A stretch of 31,142 nt of DNA from Planctomycetota bacterium (GTDB taxonomy: Bacteria > Planctomycetota > UBA11346). A program made the position numbers and the translations under genes. The stretch spans positions 1 through 31,142 of the forward strand of contig JBBQSO010000065.1 of assembly GCA_038213805.1 (NCBI GenBank). Direction: 5' to 3'. This document shows positions 1-8,812 of the stretch, in pieces; position 1 is the stretch's first letter, and each line of letters opens with the position of its first letter. The notes under the pieces were generated by a model. The model searched no databases. It had not been told where the DNA came from and saw only the letters and a list, made by a program, of their open reading frames with translations.

Positions 1-1
1 C

Positions 2-610
2 GGCGAGCGCGCCGCGCTGGTCGCACGCCTCGCCGCGGTCTACGCGCGCCTGCCGATCGGCGACCCGCGCCAGTCCGGCGTGCTGGTCGGCCCGCTCATC
101 GACGAGGCCGCCGCCACCACCCACGCCCACGCCCTGGCCCAGGCGCGCGCTCAAGGCGGCACGGTCAGCGGCGGCGAGCGCGTCACCGCCGGCGTGCCGG
201 CCGGCGGCGCGTACGTGCGTCCCGCGCTGGTCGCGATCGACCACGCCGCCCCGATCGTCGCCGAGGAGACCTTTGCGCCGATCCTCTACGTCTGCCCCTA
301 CGATACCCTCGACGAGGCCATCGCGCTCAACAACGCCGTGCCCCAGGGCCTGTCCTCGGCGATCGTCACCGGCGACCTGCGCGAGGCCGAGCGCTTCCTG
401 TCGCCTGCGGGTTCCGACTGCGGCATCGCCAACGTCAACCTCGGCACCAGCGGCGCCGAGATCGGCGGCGCCTTCGGCGGCGAGAAGCAGACCGGCGGTG
501 GCCGCGAGTCCGGCTCCGACGCCTGGAAGGCCTACATGCGCCGCACCACCAACACCATCAACTACGGCGCTGACCTCCCGCTCGCCCAGGGTGTGGTCTT
601 CGACCCATGA
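2..610 (+). CDS. Aldehyde dehydrogenase family 7 (antiquitin / piperideine-6-carboxylate dehydrogenase-like), 5'-truncated by the window edge
   Basis: Frame is open from position 2 ([22 protein letters not shown]). Motifs [18 protein letters not shown] and [32 protein letters not shown] are characteristic of ALDH7. Confidence 0.9.
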   Translation, partial: GERAALVARLAAVYARLPIGDPRQSGVLVGPLIDEAAATTHAHALAQARAQGGTVSGGERVTAGVPAGGAYVRPALVAIDHAAPIVAEETFAPILYVCPYDTLDEAIALNNAVPQGLSSAIVTGDLREAERFLSPAGSDCGIANVNLGTSGAEIGGAFGGEKQTGGGRESGSDAWKAYMRRTTNTINYGADLPLAQGVVFDP

Positions 611-1809
611 CCACCTGCGACTATGCCGTGATTGGCGGCGGCATCATCGGCATCGCCATCGCGCGCGAGCTCAAGATTCGCTTCCCGACGAAATCGGTGG
701 TGCTGCTCGAGAAAGAGGCAGACACCGCCGAGCATGGCAGCGGCCGCAACAGCGGCGTGCTGCACGCGGGTTTCTATTACACCGCCGACAGCATGAAGGC
801 GCGCTTCTGCCGCGATGGCAACCGCGCCCTGCGCGCCTATTGCCGGGCGCGCGGTTTGCCGCTCAACCAGTGCGGCAAGCTGGTGGTGGCCAAGCGCAGC
901 AGTGAACTGCCGGCGCTTGACGAATTGCTGCGCCGCGGTCTCGCCAACGGCGTGAACGTCGAAATGCTGTCCCTGGACGAGGCGCGGCGCATCGAACCGC
1001 GCGTGCGCACCGTCGAGCGGGCGCTGTGGTCGCCCGACACCGCCTCTGGTGACCCCGTGGCGGTGACGCGCAGCCTGGCGCGCGACGTCGAGGATCTCGG
1101 CGTTGAGATCCGTCGCGGCACCGCCTACCGCAGCGGCGGACCTGGTCGCGTGGTCACCACCCAGGGCGACCTGGCCCCCGGCTACGTGATCAACGCCGCC
1201 GGCCTCTATGCCGACCGCATTGCGCGCGATTTCGGTTTCTGCACGCGCTATTGCATCCTGCCCTTCAAGGGCCTCTACCTCTACAGCGATGAACCGGCCG
1301 GCGCGCTGCGCACGCACATCTATCCGGTGCCCGACCTCAAGTACCCATTCCTGGGCGTGCACTTCACTGTCACCGTCGACGGTCACGCCAAGATCGGTCC
1401 GACCGCCATCCCGGCGTTCTGGCGCGAGCATTACCAGGGATTCGAACGCTTCTCCCTGAGCGAGCTCGGCGAGGTGCTGTGGCGCGAGGCCACGCTGATG
1501 CTGAGCGCCGGCTTCGATTTCCGCGGCCTGGCCGTCCGGGAGCTGCGCAAGTACGACCCCTCATTCCTGGTCGCCCAGGCCACCGCCCTGGCCGAGGGTG
1601 TCGACCAGGAGCGCTACACGCGCTGGGGCCGCCCGGGCATCCGCGCCCAGCTCCTCGATCTGCAGACGCGCACGCTGGTGATGGATTTCTGCATCGAGGG
1701 CGACGCGCAGTCGCTGCACGTGCTCAACGCGGTATCGCCCGCGTGGACGTGCTCGCTGCCCTTCGCCGCGCACGTGGTCGACGAGGTCGTGCGCCTGCGC
1801 GGCGGGTGA
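607..1809 (+). CDS. lhgO: L-2-hydroxyglutarate oxidase family FAD oxidoreductase
   Basis: GGGIIG Rossmann motif, [55 protein letters not shown] overlap with the ALDH stop. Confidence 0.88.
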   Translation: MTTCDYAVIGGGIIGIAIARELKIRFPTKSVVLLEKEADTAEHGSGRNSGVLHAGFYYTADSMKARFCRDGNRALRAYCRARGLPLNQCGKLVVAKRSSELPALDELLRRGLANGVNVEMLSLDEARRIEPRVRTVERALWSPDTASGDPVAVTRSLARDVEDLGVEIRRGTAYRSGGPGRVVTTQGDLAPGYVINAAGLYADRIARDFGFCTRYCILPFKGLYLYSDEPAGALRTHIYPVPDLKYPFLGVHFTVTVDGHAKIGPTAIPAFWREHYQGFERFSLSELGEVLWREATLMLSAGFDFRGLAVRELRKYDPSFLVAQATALAEGVDQERYTRWGRPGIRAQLLDLQTRTLVMDFCIEGDAQSLHVLNAVSPAWTCSLPFAAHVVDEVVRLRGG

Positions 1810-1826
1810 ACCCGGGAAGATACAGC

Positions 1827-2003
1827 GGACTTGCCGCAGAGACGCAGCCAGGGAAACAGAAGGCCGCAGAGGAGCTGTTTCGGACCACCACATCTGACCG
1901 CAGCGCCTTGCACATACAGGCGCCATTACATCCAGGATCAGCCCGCTCCTGTTGTCCTCTGCGGCCTCTTGCGTTCCGCCTCTGCGACCTCTGCGCTAAG
2001 TCC
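1827..2003. repeat. Imperfect inverted repeat built from CGCAGAG-type units, between convergent genes
   Basis: AGGCCGCAGAGGA (1861-1873) is the exact reverse complement of 1955-1967. Outer arms GGACTT..CGCAGAG and CTCTGCG..AAGTCC also pair. Confidence 0.75.
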
Positions 2004-2032
2004 TCTCGACGTTATCGGTGAGCCACTGAAGC

Positions 2033-3073
2033 CTACTTCGTCCCGGTGATGATCCCGCAGTCGGCGAGCGTGGGCGCGAACCCGCTACCCGGGGTCAGGC
2101 CGGCCTGGCGCAGCATGTCACGGTATTCAGCGCCGCTGTAGGCGCGGCCGGCGCAGACCGTGAACAGGCGCGCCGAGTAGAGCGCGATCGGCAGCGGGCC
2201 GCCCAGATCGTCATCGAGGAAGACGTCGTGGATGAGCAGGCGGCCGCCGGTCGGCAGGTGCGGGGCGAGGCGACCGACCAGTTCGTGGCATTCCGGAAAG
2301 TCCCAATCGTGCAGGATGTTCGACAGCAGCATGACGTCGGCCTGCGGCACCGGGTCGTTGAACATGTCGCCGGCGCGCAGTTCCAGGCGGTCACCGGCCG
2401 GGCTCTGCGCGGCCATCTCGCGCGCGACCTTCAGGACCTCTGGCCGATCCCAGACGATGGCGCGCAAGTGTGGATGGCGCTCCAGGCAGGCCAATGCGTA
2501 CAGTCCGGTGCCGCCGCCGACGTCGAGCAGCACCTTGGCCTGCTCGAGCCCCGCGTGCAGCGCCACCGCCGGCGCCACGCAGCGCGCGCGCCCGGCCAAG
2601 GCAAGGGTGAAGCGGCGCGCCGAGGCCTCCGCCTCCATAGCCGAGGCCGCGCCGGCCTTGAAGATGTAAGCCGCGCCGCCCTGGTCCGCGTCGCTGCCGG
2701 CCGGGCGGTCGGTGCGCAGGCGCGCGACAATCTCCAGCACGCCGGGTTCTTCGGCCGACAGGCCCAGGTAGTCGGCGATCGCCCATGGCGCGCCAGGCAC
2801 GAGGTGATTGCGCGCCTGCGCGGTCGGCGTCAGCCTGCCGCCCTCCAGCGCGATCATGCCCATCGCGCGCAGCGCGGTCACCAGCACCGCGGTGGGCCGC
2901 GGCGCCAGCGCCACCGCCGCACCGAGCTCCGCTTGGCTGAGCGGCCCCTGCGCCAGCGCTGCGAACACCGGGATGTGCGCGACCGCCGCGATCAGCAGTT
3001 CGGAGGCAAAGCTGCTGCGGTAGTGCAGGAAGATCGCGCCCGGATCGGTGGGGGGGATGGTCATCAGGGGCAT
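2033..3073 (-). CDS. SAM-dependent O-methyltransferase (Methyltransf_2 plus dimerisation domain; ASMT/CrtF-like)
   Basis: LLDVGGGTG, GDMF, LSNILHDW, GGRLLIHD and an N-terminal winged helix. Start moved to ATG 3073 because the upstream extension is low-complexity. Confidence 0.85.
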   Translation of the reverse strand: MPLMTIPPTDPGAIFLHYRSSFASELLIAAVAHIPVFAALAQGPLSQAELGAAVALAPRPTAVLVTALRAMGMIALEGGRLTPTAQARNHLVPGAPWAIADYLGLSAEEPGVLEIVARLRTDRPAGSDADQGGAAYIFKAGAASAMEAEASARRFTLALAGRARCVAPAVALHAGLEQAKVLLDVGGGTGLYALACLERHPHLRAIVWDRPEVLKVAREMAAQSPAGDRLELRAGDMFNDPVPQADVMLLSNILHDWDFPECHELVGRLAPHLPTGGRLLIHDVFLDDDLGGPLPIALYSARLFTVCAGRAYSGAEYRDMLRQAGLTPGSGFAPTLADCGIITGTK

Positions 3074-3279
3074 GGTGGGCTCGCGGCGGTGGGAGGGCGG
3101 AAGACCGTAAGATGGAGGGGGCAAGGTGAGGCAGGAGAGGGGAAGGGAAGAAGGAAGGTGCGCATGATCAGAAAAGAGACCCTCCACGTGCTCAGCGAAA
3201 CGGGATCTCCCAAGGCGCCAAAGGGATCATTCGCCATCGCTGGTCGAACTCCTTCCGCTCTGCATTGGCCTTCTCCCCG

Positions 3280-3304
3280 CATCCATTGCCACCGCCGTCA
3301 CGTA
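3280..3304 (+). promoter_or_regulatory. Putative ECF promoter CATCC-N16-CGTA (autoregulatory, sigma/anti-sigma unit)
   Basis: Same bipartite motif and 16-nt spacing recur at 5419 and 8762. Confidence 0.6.
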
Positions 3305-3508
3305 CCCATGACGGTGAGTAATGTCATGCCCGTCCATCCATTCCATGCCTGCCGGCCACCAGGGAGCGGCCGCCTCCGAGGTGGACGTGGGCGGCGGGCG
3401 GCCCGGCGCAGCGGGATTCCCCCTAGGCCGCGGCTGCGGGGGTGCTACCGTGCCGCGCGCAGCCGCTCCGGAACTGTTCCGGGCAGCGCCAGCCAGGAGC
3501 GCGTGGTG

Positions 3509-4114
3509 ATGCCAGTTGGGCAGCTCGAAGCGGTGGAGAGCGCCAGTGCGGAAGCCGCGCTGATGGCTCGTATCGCCGCTGGCGACCACAGCGCCATGGA
3601 AGCCCTCTACGACCGCTACAGCCGACTCGTCTACGCCATCGCCATGCGCATGCTGCATGATGCCCAGGCCGCCGAGGAGCTGCTCAGTGACATCTTCATG
3701 GAGGTATGGCGGAAGGTCGAACGTTTCGACGCGGCTCGCGGCAGCCTTCCGACGTATCTTGCCACCCTGACGCGCAGCCGTGCCATCGACCGCATGCGTT
3801 CAGCCAAGCGCCACGCGGCCGCGCCGCTCGTGGGCGATCAGGCTGCCGCGCTCGTCGATCCCGCCGCGGCCCCGTCCAGTCGGCTGTCCGGTGCCGAAGA
3901 CCGTGCGCGCGTCGCCACCGCTCTGGCCCAGCTGAGCGCCGATCAGCGCAGCAGCCTCGAACTGGCCTACTTCGACGATCTCAGCCACAGCGAGATCGCC
4001 ACCCGCCTGGGCAGGCCGCTGGGCACGGTGAAGACCCACATCCGCCAGGGCTTGATCATGTTGCGCGAAATCCTGCAGATCCGTCCGGGTGACGGCGCCG
4101 GGAGCCCGTCATGA
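3509..4114 (+). CDS. ECF RNA polymerase sigma factor, SigK-like
   Basis: Region 2 (ALYDRYSRLVY..AEELLSDIFMEVWRK..FDAARGS..RSRAIDRMR) and region 4 (LELAYFDDLSHSEIA..PLGTVKTHIRQGL). AGGAG at 3495-3499. The 628-aa ORF extension upstream is mostly antisense to the methyltransferase. Confidence 0.92.
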   Translation: MPVGQLEAVESASAEAALMARIAAGDHSAMEALYDRYSRLVYAIAMRMLHDAQAAEELLSDIFMEVWRKVERFDAARGSLPTYLATLTRSRAIDRMRSAKRHAAAPLVGDQAAALVDPAAAPSSRLSGAEDRARVATALAQLSADQRSSLELAYFDDLSHSEIATRLGRPLGTVKTHIRQGLIMLREILQIRPGDGAGSPS

Positions 4115-5286
4115 CCTGCGACCGGCGCAATGACCTCGCACTCTTCGCCGCCCTCGAGGCCCTTGAGGCCGACGAGTTGGCGGAGCTGAACGCGGCACGT
4201 GAACACGAGTGCCCCCCGCTCGCCCGGGTCGATGCCGACGCCCAGGCCGCGCTCGCCCAGCTCGGCCTCGCCCTGCCCGATGTCACCCCGCCGGCCGGCG
4301 CCAAGGCGCGCTTCCTGGCGCGTCTCGGCGCGGCGCCGGCGCCCGCCGTGGCCGCACCGGTACTCAGCGTGGTGTCCACTCCTGCCCTTGGCTCAGCTGC
4401 CGCCCCTACCACAGCTGCCGCCCCTACCACAGCTGCCGCAACCAGCCAAGTCGGCGGTCCCGGCGGCGGCATGCGTCCAGCCGGTACGCGCCCGCCGGCC
4501 CGCCGGGTCGCCAGTCTTGCTGCGGCCTTCGCGCTGCTGCTCGCCGCGCTCATCCCCGGCGTGCTGCTGTTCGAAGGTACGGCGCAGCGCAGCGACGAAC
4601 TCACCGCGCAAGCTGAACGGCAAAGCCACGCTGCCACGCGGCTGGCCGAGCGCGAGCGCACCATGGATGTCGCCACCCGGCACCTTGAGAATGCCACCCG
4701 GCAGCTCGCCGGCCTTGAGCAATCGCTGTCCGCGCGTCAGCAGGACTACGAGAACGCGCGACGCGCCGCCGCGACCGCCATCGCCGAACGCGAAGAGGCG
4801 CTCGAGCAGCTTACCGCCACCAAGGACAAGGCCAGGCTCCAGACCACGCGCGCTGACCGCGCCGAAGCCCGCCTCGCCGTCCAGCAGCAGGCCGTCGCGG
4901 ACGCGCAGAAGCGCCTCGTCACCGCCGACGCCGCGCTCGCCGCGCTGCGCTCGCCGCAGATGCGCATCATCACTCTCGCCGCTGGCCCGAAGGCCGGCAA
5001 GGCCTGGGGCCGCATTGTCTGGGACCAGCAGGCCGCCACCTGGAATCTGGTCGCCCTCGACCTGCCACCCGCAGCCGCCGGCCGCACCTACGAGCTGTGG
5101 TTCATCACCGACAAGCAGGAAAAGATCGCCGCCGGCACCTTCAACGTCAACGCCAAGGGCGAAGGCGCGCTCGCGGTCAACATCCCTGCGGGCATCGGCT
5201 CATTGGCGGTGGCCGCGGTCACCGATGAACCGGCCGGCGGTGTGGCGGCGCCGACTGGGTCGATACAGTTGGTTGGGCAATTGTGA
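4111..5286 (+). CDS. Anti-sigma factor, RskA-like (cytoplasmic N-terminus, one TM helix, coiled coil, C-terminal RskA domain)
   Basis: ATGA overlap with the sigma gene. TM segment LAAAFALLLAALIPGVLLF. C-terminal LPPAAAGRTYELWFI..AAVTDEPAGGVAAPTG is typical of RskA. Confidence 0.88.
   Translation: MTCDRRNDLALFAALEALEADELAELNAAREHECPPLARVDADAQAALAQLGLALPDVTPPAGAKARFLARLGAAPAPAVAAPVLSVVSTPALGSAAAPTTAAAPTTAAATSQVGGPGGGMRPAGTRPPARRVASLAAAFALLLAALIPGVLLFEGTAQRSDELTAQAERQSHAATRLAERERTMDVATRHLENATRQLAGLEQSLSARQQDYENARRAAATAIAEREEALEQLTATKDKARLQTTRADRAEARLAVQQQAVADAQKRLVTADAALAALRSPQMRIITLAAGPKAGKAWGRIVWDQQAATWNLVALDLPPAAAGRTYELWFITDKQEKIAAGTFNVNAKGEGALAVNIPAGIGSLAVAAVTDEPAGGVAAPTGSIQLVGQL
4394..4439 (+). 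repeat. In-frame 18-bp tandem repeat (AAAPTT, about 2.5 copies) in the anti-sigma linker
   Basis: CAGCTGCCGCCCCTACCA at 4394 and 4412, partial copy at 4430. Confidence 0.85.
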
Positions 5287-5302
5287 GTCGTAGGGCCGGC
5301 TA

Positions 5303-5498
5303 GGCTGATGGCTGATGGCTGATGGCTGATGGCTGATGGCTGATGGCTGATGGCTGATGGCTGGGAGAGCTGGCGCACTGATCTCTGTCCAGGTGCTTCA
5401 GTCGGCGATTCTTTCACAGATCCTGACACCCATCGTAATCGTATTCCTGGGAGAGACGTGAGTCTCCCGCCATCAGCCATCAGCCATCAGCCATCAGC
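5303..5498. repeat. Inverted heptamer arrays (GGCTGAT)x8.7 ... (GCCATCA)x4
   Basis: 5303-5363 and 5469-5498 are reverse-complementary. Pairing extends inward (GGGAGA/TCTCCC). Loop is about 95 nt. Confidence 0.95.
5419..5443 (+). promoter_or_regulatory. Putative ECF promoter GATCC-N16-CGTA for the oxidoreductase-DUF1365-desaturase unit
   Basis: GATCC 5419-5423 and CGTA 5440-5443; motif shared with 3280 and 8762. Confidence 0.7.
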
Positions 5499-5515
5499 AG
5501 AGGCAATCGCTTCCC

Positions 5516-6775
5516 ATGAAAATCGCCATCGTCGGTACCGGCGTCTCCGGCCTGGTCGCCGCCCACCTCCTGCATCCGCAGCACGAGCTGCAGATCTTCG
5601 AGGCCAACGACTACGCCGGTGGGCATACCAACACCGTGCCGATCGAGGCCGCTGGGCGCACCTGGCCGATCGACACCGGTTTCATCGTCTTCAACGACTG
5701 GACCTACCCGAATTTCATCCGCCTGCTCGCGCGCCTCAAGGTGGCTTCGCAGCCGACCACGATGAGTTTCAGCGTGCGCTGCGAGCGCACCGGGCTGGAA
5801 TACAACGGGCGCAACCTGAACACCCTGTTCGCGCAGCGCCGCAACCTCTTCCGCCCGTCATTCCATGGCATGATCCGCGACATCCTGCGCTTCAACCGCG
5901 AGGCGCCGGAGCTGCTGGCCGCAGGCGCCGCGGAACCCGGCCCGACGCTCGGCGCCTACCTCGCCGAACATCGCTACGGCCGCGCCTTCATCGATCACTA
6001 TATCGTGCCGATGGGCGCGGCGATCTGGTCGGCGCCGGTCGAACAGCTGCGCGCCTTCCCGGCGCGCTTCTTCGTGCGCTTTTTCGCCAACCACGGGATG
6101 CTCAGCGTCGACCACCGCCCGCAGTGGCGGGTGGTCAGCGGCGGCTCGCAAAGCTACGTGCGCGCCCTGACCGCGCCCATGCGCGAGCGCATCCGCCTGG
6201 GCGATCCGGTGCGCGCCATCACCCGCGAGCTCAGCGGCGTGCGCCTGCGTACCGCGTCCGGAGCCGAGCACACCGCCGACCACGTGATCATCGCCGTGCA
6301 CGGCGACGAAGCCCTGCCCCTGCTCACGGACCCCAGCGAGGCGGAGCGCGCGGTGCTCGGGGCTTTCAGCTATCAGGACAACGAAGCCGTCCTGCATACC
6401 GACGCCAGTGTCATGCCGCGCGCGCGGCGCGCCTGGGCGGCGTGGAATTACCACCTGCCGGCGGTACCGCACGACGACCGCCGCATCGCCCTCACCTACC
6501 ACATGAACGCCCTGCAGGGCCTAGCGGCGGACCGCGAATTCCTCGTCACCCTCAATCCCGGCCTGCCGATCGATCCGGCGCGGGTGCTGCGCCGCATCCG
6601 ATACGCGCATCCGCTCTTCACCCAGGGGGCCGTCGCCGCGCAGCGACGCCTGGGCGAAGTCAGCGGCCTGCGTTCAACCTCGTATTGCGGCGCCTACTGG
6701 GGTTACGGCTTCCACGAGGACGGCGTGGTAAGCGCACTGGCCGCCTGCCGTCCTTTCTGTGTAGGCTTGGAGTGA
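5516..6775 (+). CDS. FAD-dependent oxidoreductase (UfaD/RSP1091, Rv0449c-like)
   Basis: KIAIVGTGVSGL, GGHTNT, DTGFIVFNDWTYPNF, AAWNY, YCGAYWGYGFHEDG; adjacent to DUF1365. Confidence 0.88.
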   Translation: MKIAIVGTGVSGLVAAHLLHPQHELQIFEANDYAGGHTNTVPIEAAGRTWPIDTGFIVFNDWTYPNFIRLLARLKVASQPTTMSFSVRCERTGLEYNGRNLNTLFAQRRNLFRPSFHGMIRDILRFNREAPELLAAGAAEPGPTLGAYLAEHRYGRAFIDHYIVPMGAAIWSAPVEQLRAFPARFFVRFFANHGMLSVDHRPQWRVVSGGSQSYVRALTAPMRERIRLGDPVRAITRELSGVRLRTASGAEHTADHVIIAVHGDEALPLLTDPSEAERAVLGAFSYQDNEAVLHTDASVMPRARRAWAAWNYHLPAVPHDDRRIALTYHMNALQGLAADREFLVTLNPGLPIDPARVLRRIRYAHPLFTQGAVAAQRRLGEVSGLRSTSYCGAYWGYGFHEDGVVSALAACRPFCVGLE

Positions 6776-6777
6776 CC

Positions 6778-7575
6778 ATGCGCCCAGCCGCCGACCAGTC
6801 CCGGTTGCGCAGCTGCATTTACGAAGGCCGGGTCACGCATCGCCGCACGGCGCCCATACCGCATGCCTTCACCTACTCCTTGTTTCTGATGTACCTGGAC
6901 CTTGACGAGCTTCCGCGGGTCTTCGCCGGCAGCCGCCTGTGGCGCGTCGAACGCCCGGCGGTGGCCTCCTTCCGGCGCAGCGACTTTCTCGGCGATCCTG
7001 CCGTGCCGCTCGCCCAGGCGGTGCGCGACCTGGTTGCTGCGCGCAGCGACGCCCGGCCGGACGGCCCGGTGCGCCTGCTGACGTCGCTACGCTACTTCGG
7101 TCACTCCTTCAATCCGGTGTCGTTCTACTACTGCTTTGCGAAGGATGGCGAGACCCTGGTCGCGATTGTCGCAGAGATAACCAATACGCCGTGGCGGGAG
7201 CGCCACGCCTACGTCTTGCACGTGCGCGATCCCAAACAGAGTCTGCACCGCTTCGCGATGCCAAAAGTCTTCCACATCTCGCCATTCATGGGCATGGTCC
7301 AGGACTACGGCTGGCGTTTCACTGCCCCTGCCGAACGTCTGGCAGTCCACATGGAGAACCGTGAGCAGGGCGACAGGATGTTCACCGCCGCGCTGACCAT
7401 GCAGCGGCGCCGGATCACCCCCTCGGTGCTTGCCCGCATGCTCGTCCGCTACCCTGCCCTGACGCTCAAAGTGCTGGCCGGCATATATTTGCAGGCTGCG
7501 GCCTTGTGGTGGAAGGGTCTGCCGTTCTTTTCCAATCCGCGTTCGCTTCCACCGCTCGCCAAGGCACCCGCATGA
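6778..7575 (+). CDS. DUF1365 family protein (UfaO/RSP1090, Rv0448c-like)
   Basis: IYEGRVTHRR..HAFTY, FNPVSFYYCF, AEITNTPWRERHAY, KVFHISPFM, IYLQAAALWWKG. True start is ATG 6778 (or GTG 6772) within ORF 5350..7575. Confidence 0.9.
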   Translation: MRPAADQSRLRSCIYEGRVTHRRTAPIPHAFTYSLFLMYLDLDELPRVFAGSRLWRVERPAVASFRRSDFLGDPAVPLAQAVRDLVAARSDARPDGPVRLLTSLRYFGHSFNPVSFYYCFAKDGETLVAIVAEITNTPWRERHAYVLHVRDPKQSLHRFAMPKVFHISPFMGMVQDYGWRFTAPAERLAVHMENREQGDRMFTAALTMQRRRITPSVLARMLVRYPALTLKVLAGIYLQAAALWWKGLPFFSNPRSLPPLAKAPA

Positions 7576-8666
7576 CCCCGATGCTGCCCGACGACTCCTC
7601 CCCCACGTCCGGAAGCGATTCCGCGGTGGCCTTCGCCGAGGCCCCAGCCGTCTCCCCCGACCTCTTGCGCGCCGCCGAGGCGGCCCGTCCGCGGCCCGGT
7701 TTCCTGCGCCACCTGTGGCTGACCGTGCGGCGCTGGGTCGATGTGCACACGGGTGAGGACGAGCTCGCCAAGACCCACGAGGCCAAGGTCGACTGGCCGC
7801 GCATCATGCCCTTCCTCGGCCTGCACGTCGCCTGCCTGACCGTCTACTGGGTCGGCTTCAGCTGGGTGGCCCTGGGCGTTGCGGTGGCGCTCTACGCCGT
7901 GCGCATGTTCGCCATCACCGCCTTCTACCACCGCTACTTCTCGCACCGCGCCTACAAGACCAGCCGCGTCGCGCAGTTCATCTTCGCCTGCATCGGCAAC
8001 TCCTCGGTGCAGCGTGGACCGCTGTGGTGGGCCGCCCACCACCGCCATCACCACCGTTTCAGCGACCAGGAGCCCGACCGCCACTCGCCGCGCCAGCAGG
8101 GCCTGCTGTGGAGCCACATGGGCTGGTTCAGCTCCGAGAGCAACTTCCCGACCGACTACAAGTCGGTGCAGGACCTGGCGAAGTTCCCCGAGCTGATGTT
8201 CCTCAACCGCTTCGACGTGCTGATGCCCATCTTGCTCGGTACCAGCTGCTTCTTTCTCGGCCGCCTGCTGAATGCCATGTGGCCCGAGCTGCATACGTCA
8301 GGCCTGCAGATGCTGGTGTGGGGCTTCTGCATCTCGACCGTGGCCGTGGCGCATGCCACCTTCACCGTCAACTCGCTGACCCACGTCTTCGGCGTGCAGG
8401 ACTACGATTCCAAGGACGACAGCCGCAACAGCATGCTGATCGCCCTGCTGACCTTCGGCGAGGGATGGCACAACAACCACCACCACTACAGCGCCTCGGC
8501 GCGCCAGGGCTTCCGCTGGTGGCAGATCGACATGAGCTATTACGGCCTGTGGGTGATGTCCAAGCTGGGCATCGTGTGGGCGCTCAAGCCGGTTCCGGCC
8601 GAGGTGGTGGCACAAGCCCGACGCCAGGCGCCCAAGCCGTTCGGGAAGCGTCCGCGCAAGCCGTGA
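7572..8666 (+). CDS. Membrane fatty-acid desaturase (delta-9 / OLE1-like)
   Basis: His boxes HRYFSH, HRHHH and GEGWHNNHH; TM segments; ATGA overlap with DUF1365. Confidence 0.92.
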   Translation: MTPMLPDDSSPTSGSDSAVAFAEAPAVSPDLLRAAEAARPRPGFLRHLWLTVRRWVDVHTGEDELAKTHEAKVDWPRIMPFLGLHVACLTVYWVGFSWVALGVAVALYAVRMFAITAFYHRYFSHRAYKTSRVAQFIFACIGNSSVQRGPLWWAAHHRHHHRFSDQEPDRHSPRQQGLLWSHMGWFSSESNFPTDYKSVQDLAKFPELMFLNRFDVLMPILLGTSCFFLGRLLNAMWPELHTSGLQMLVWGFCISTVAVAHATFTVNSLTHVFGVQDYDSKDDSRNSMLIALLTFGEGWHNNHHHYSASARQGFRWWQIDMSYYGLWVMSKLGIVWALKPVPAEVVAQARRQAPKPFGKRPRKP

Positions 8667-8691
8667 TCCGGCCTTTTGGCGCAACTTATGA

Positions 8692-8724
8692 GCCGCTGCA
8701 GGTCATTGACTTGCAGCGGTTTTT
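8692..8724 (+). terminator. Intrinsic terminator after the desaturase
   Basis: Stem CCGCTGCAGGTC / GACTTGCAGCGG (one G-U pair) followed by TTTTT. Confidence 0.75.
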
Positions 8725-8761
8725 CGTTCTGAGGGGGGCCTCCTGTTGCAGCACCCCGCAA

Positions 8762-8786
8762 CATCCGATTCCCCTTGCCTGACGTA
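8762..8786 (+). promoter_or_regulatory. Putative ECF promoter CATCC-N16-CGTA for the methyltransferase unit
   Basis: Lies between the terminator and GAGGAG / ATG 8813; same motif as 3280 and 5419. Confidence 0.7.
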
Positions 8787-8812
8787 TCGCTGACGAGGAG
8801 AAGGGTGTCGCC

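Noticed and set aside
1929..1953. Additional CATCC sites (1929, 3335, 30253) as ECF promoters
   Set aside because: No CGTA at the 16-nt spacing.
3085..3160. Purine-rich tract upstream of the O-methyltransferase as another tandem array
   Set aside because: Strand asymmetry resembles the arrays, but no consistent period can be established; at most a decayed member.
2228..3508. 628-aa ECF sigma with a giant N-terminal extension
   Set aside because: The extension is mostly the antisense frame of the methyltransferase; the sigma domain and SD start at about 3509.
5350..6777. 741-aa fusion ORF ending in DUF1365
   Set aside because: The upstream part is an Arg/Pro-rich shadow frame over the oxidoreductase and starts inside a repeat; no evidence for a frameshift.
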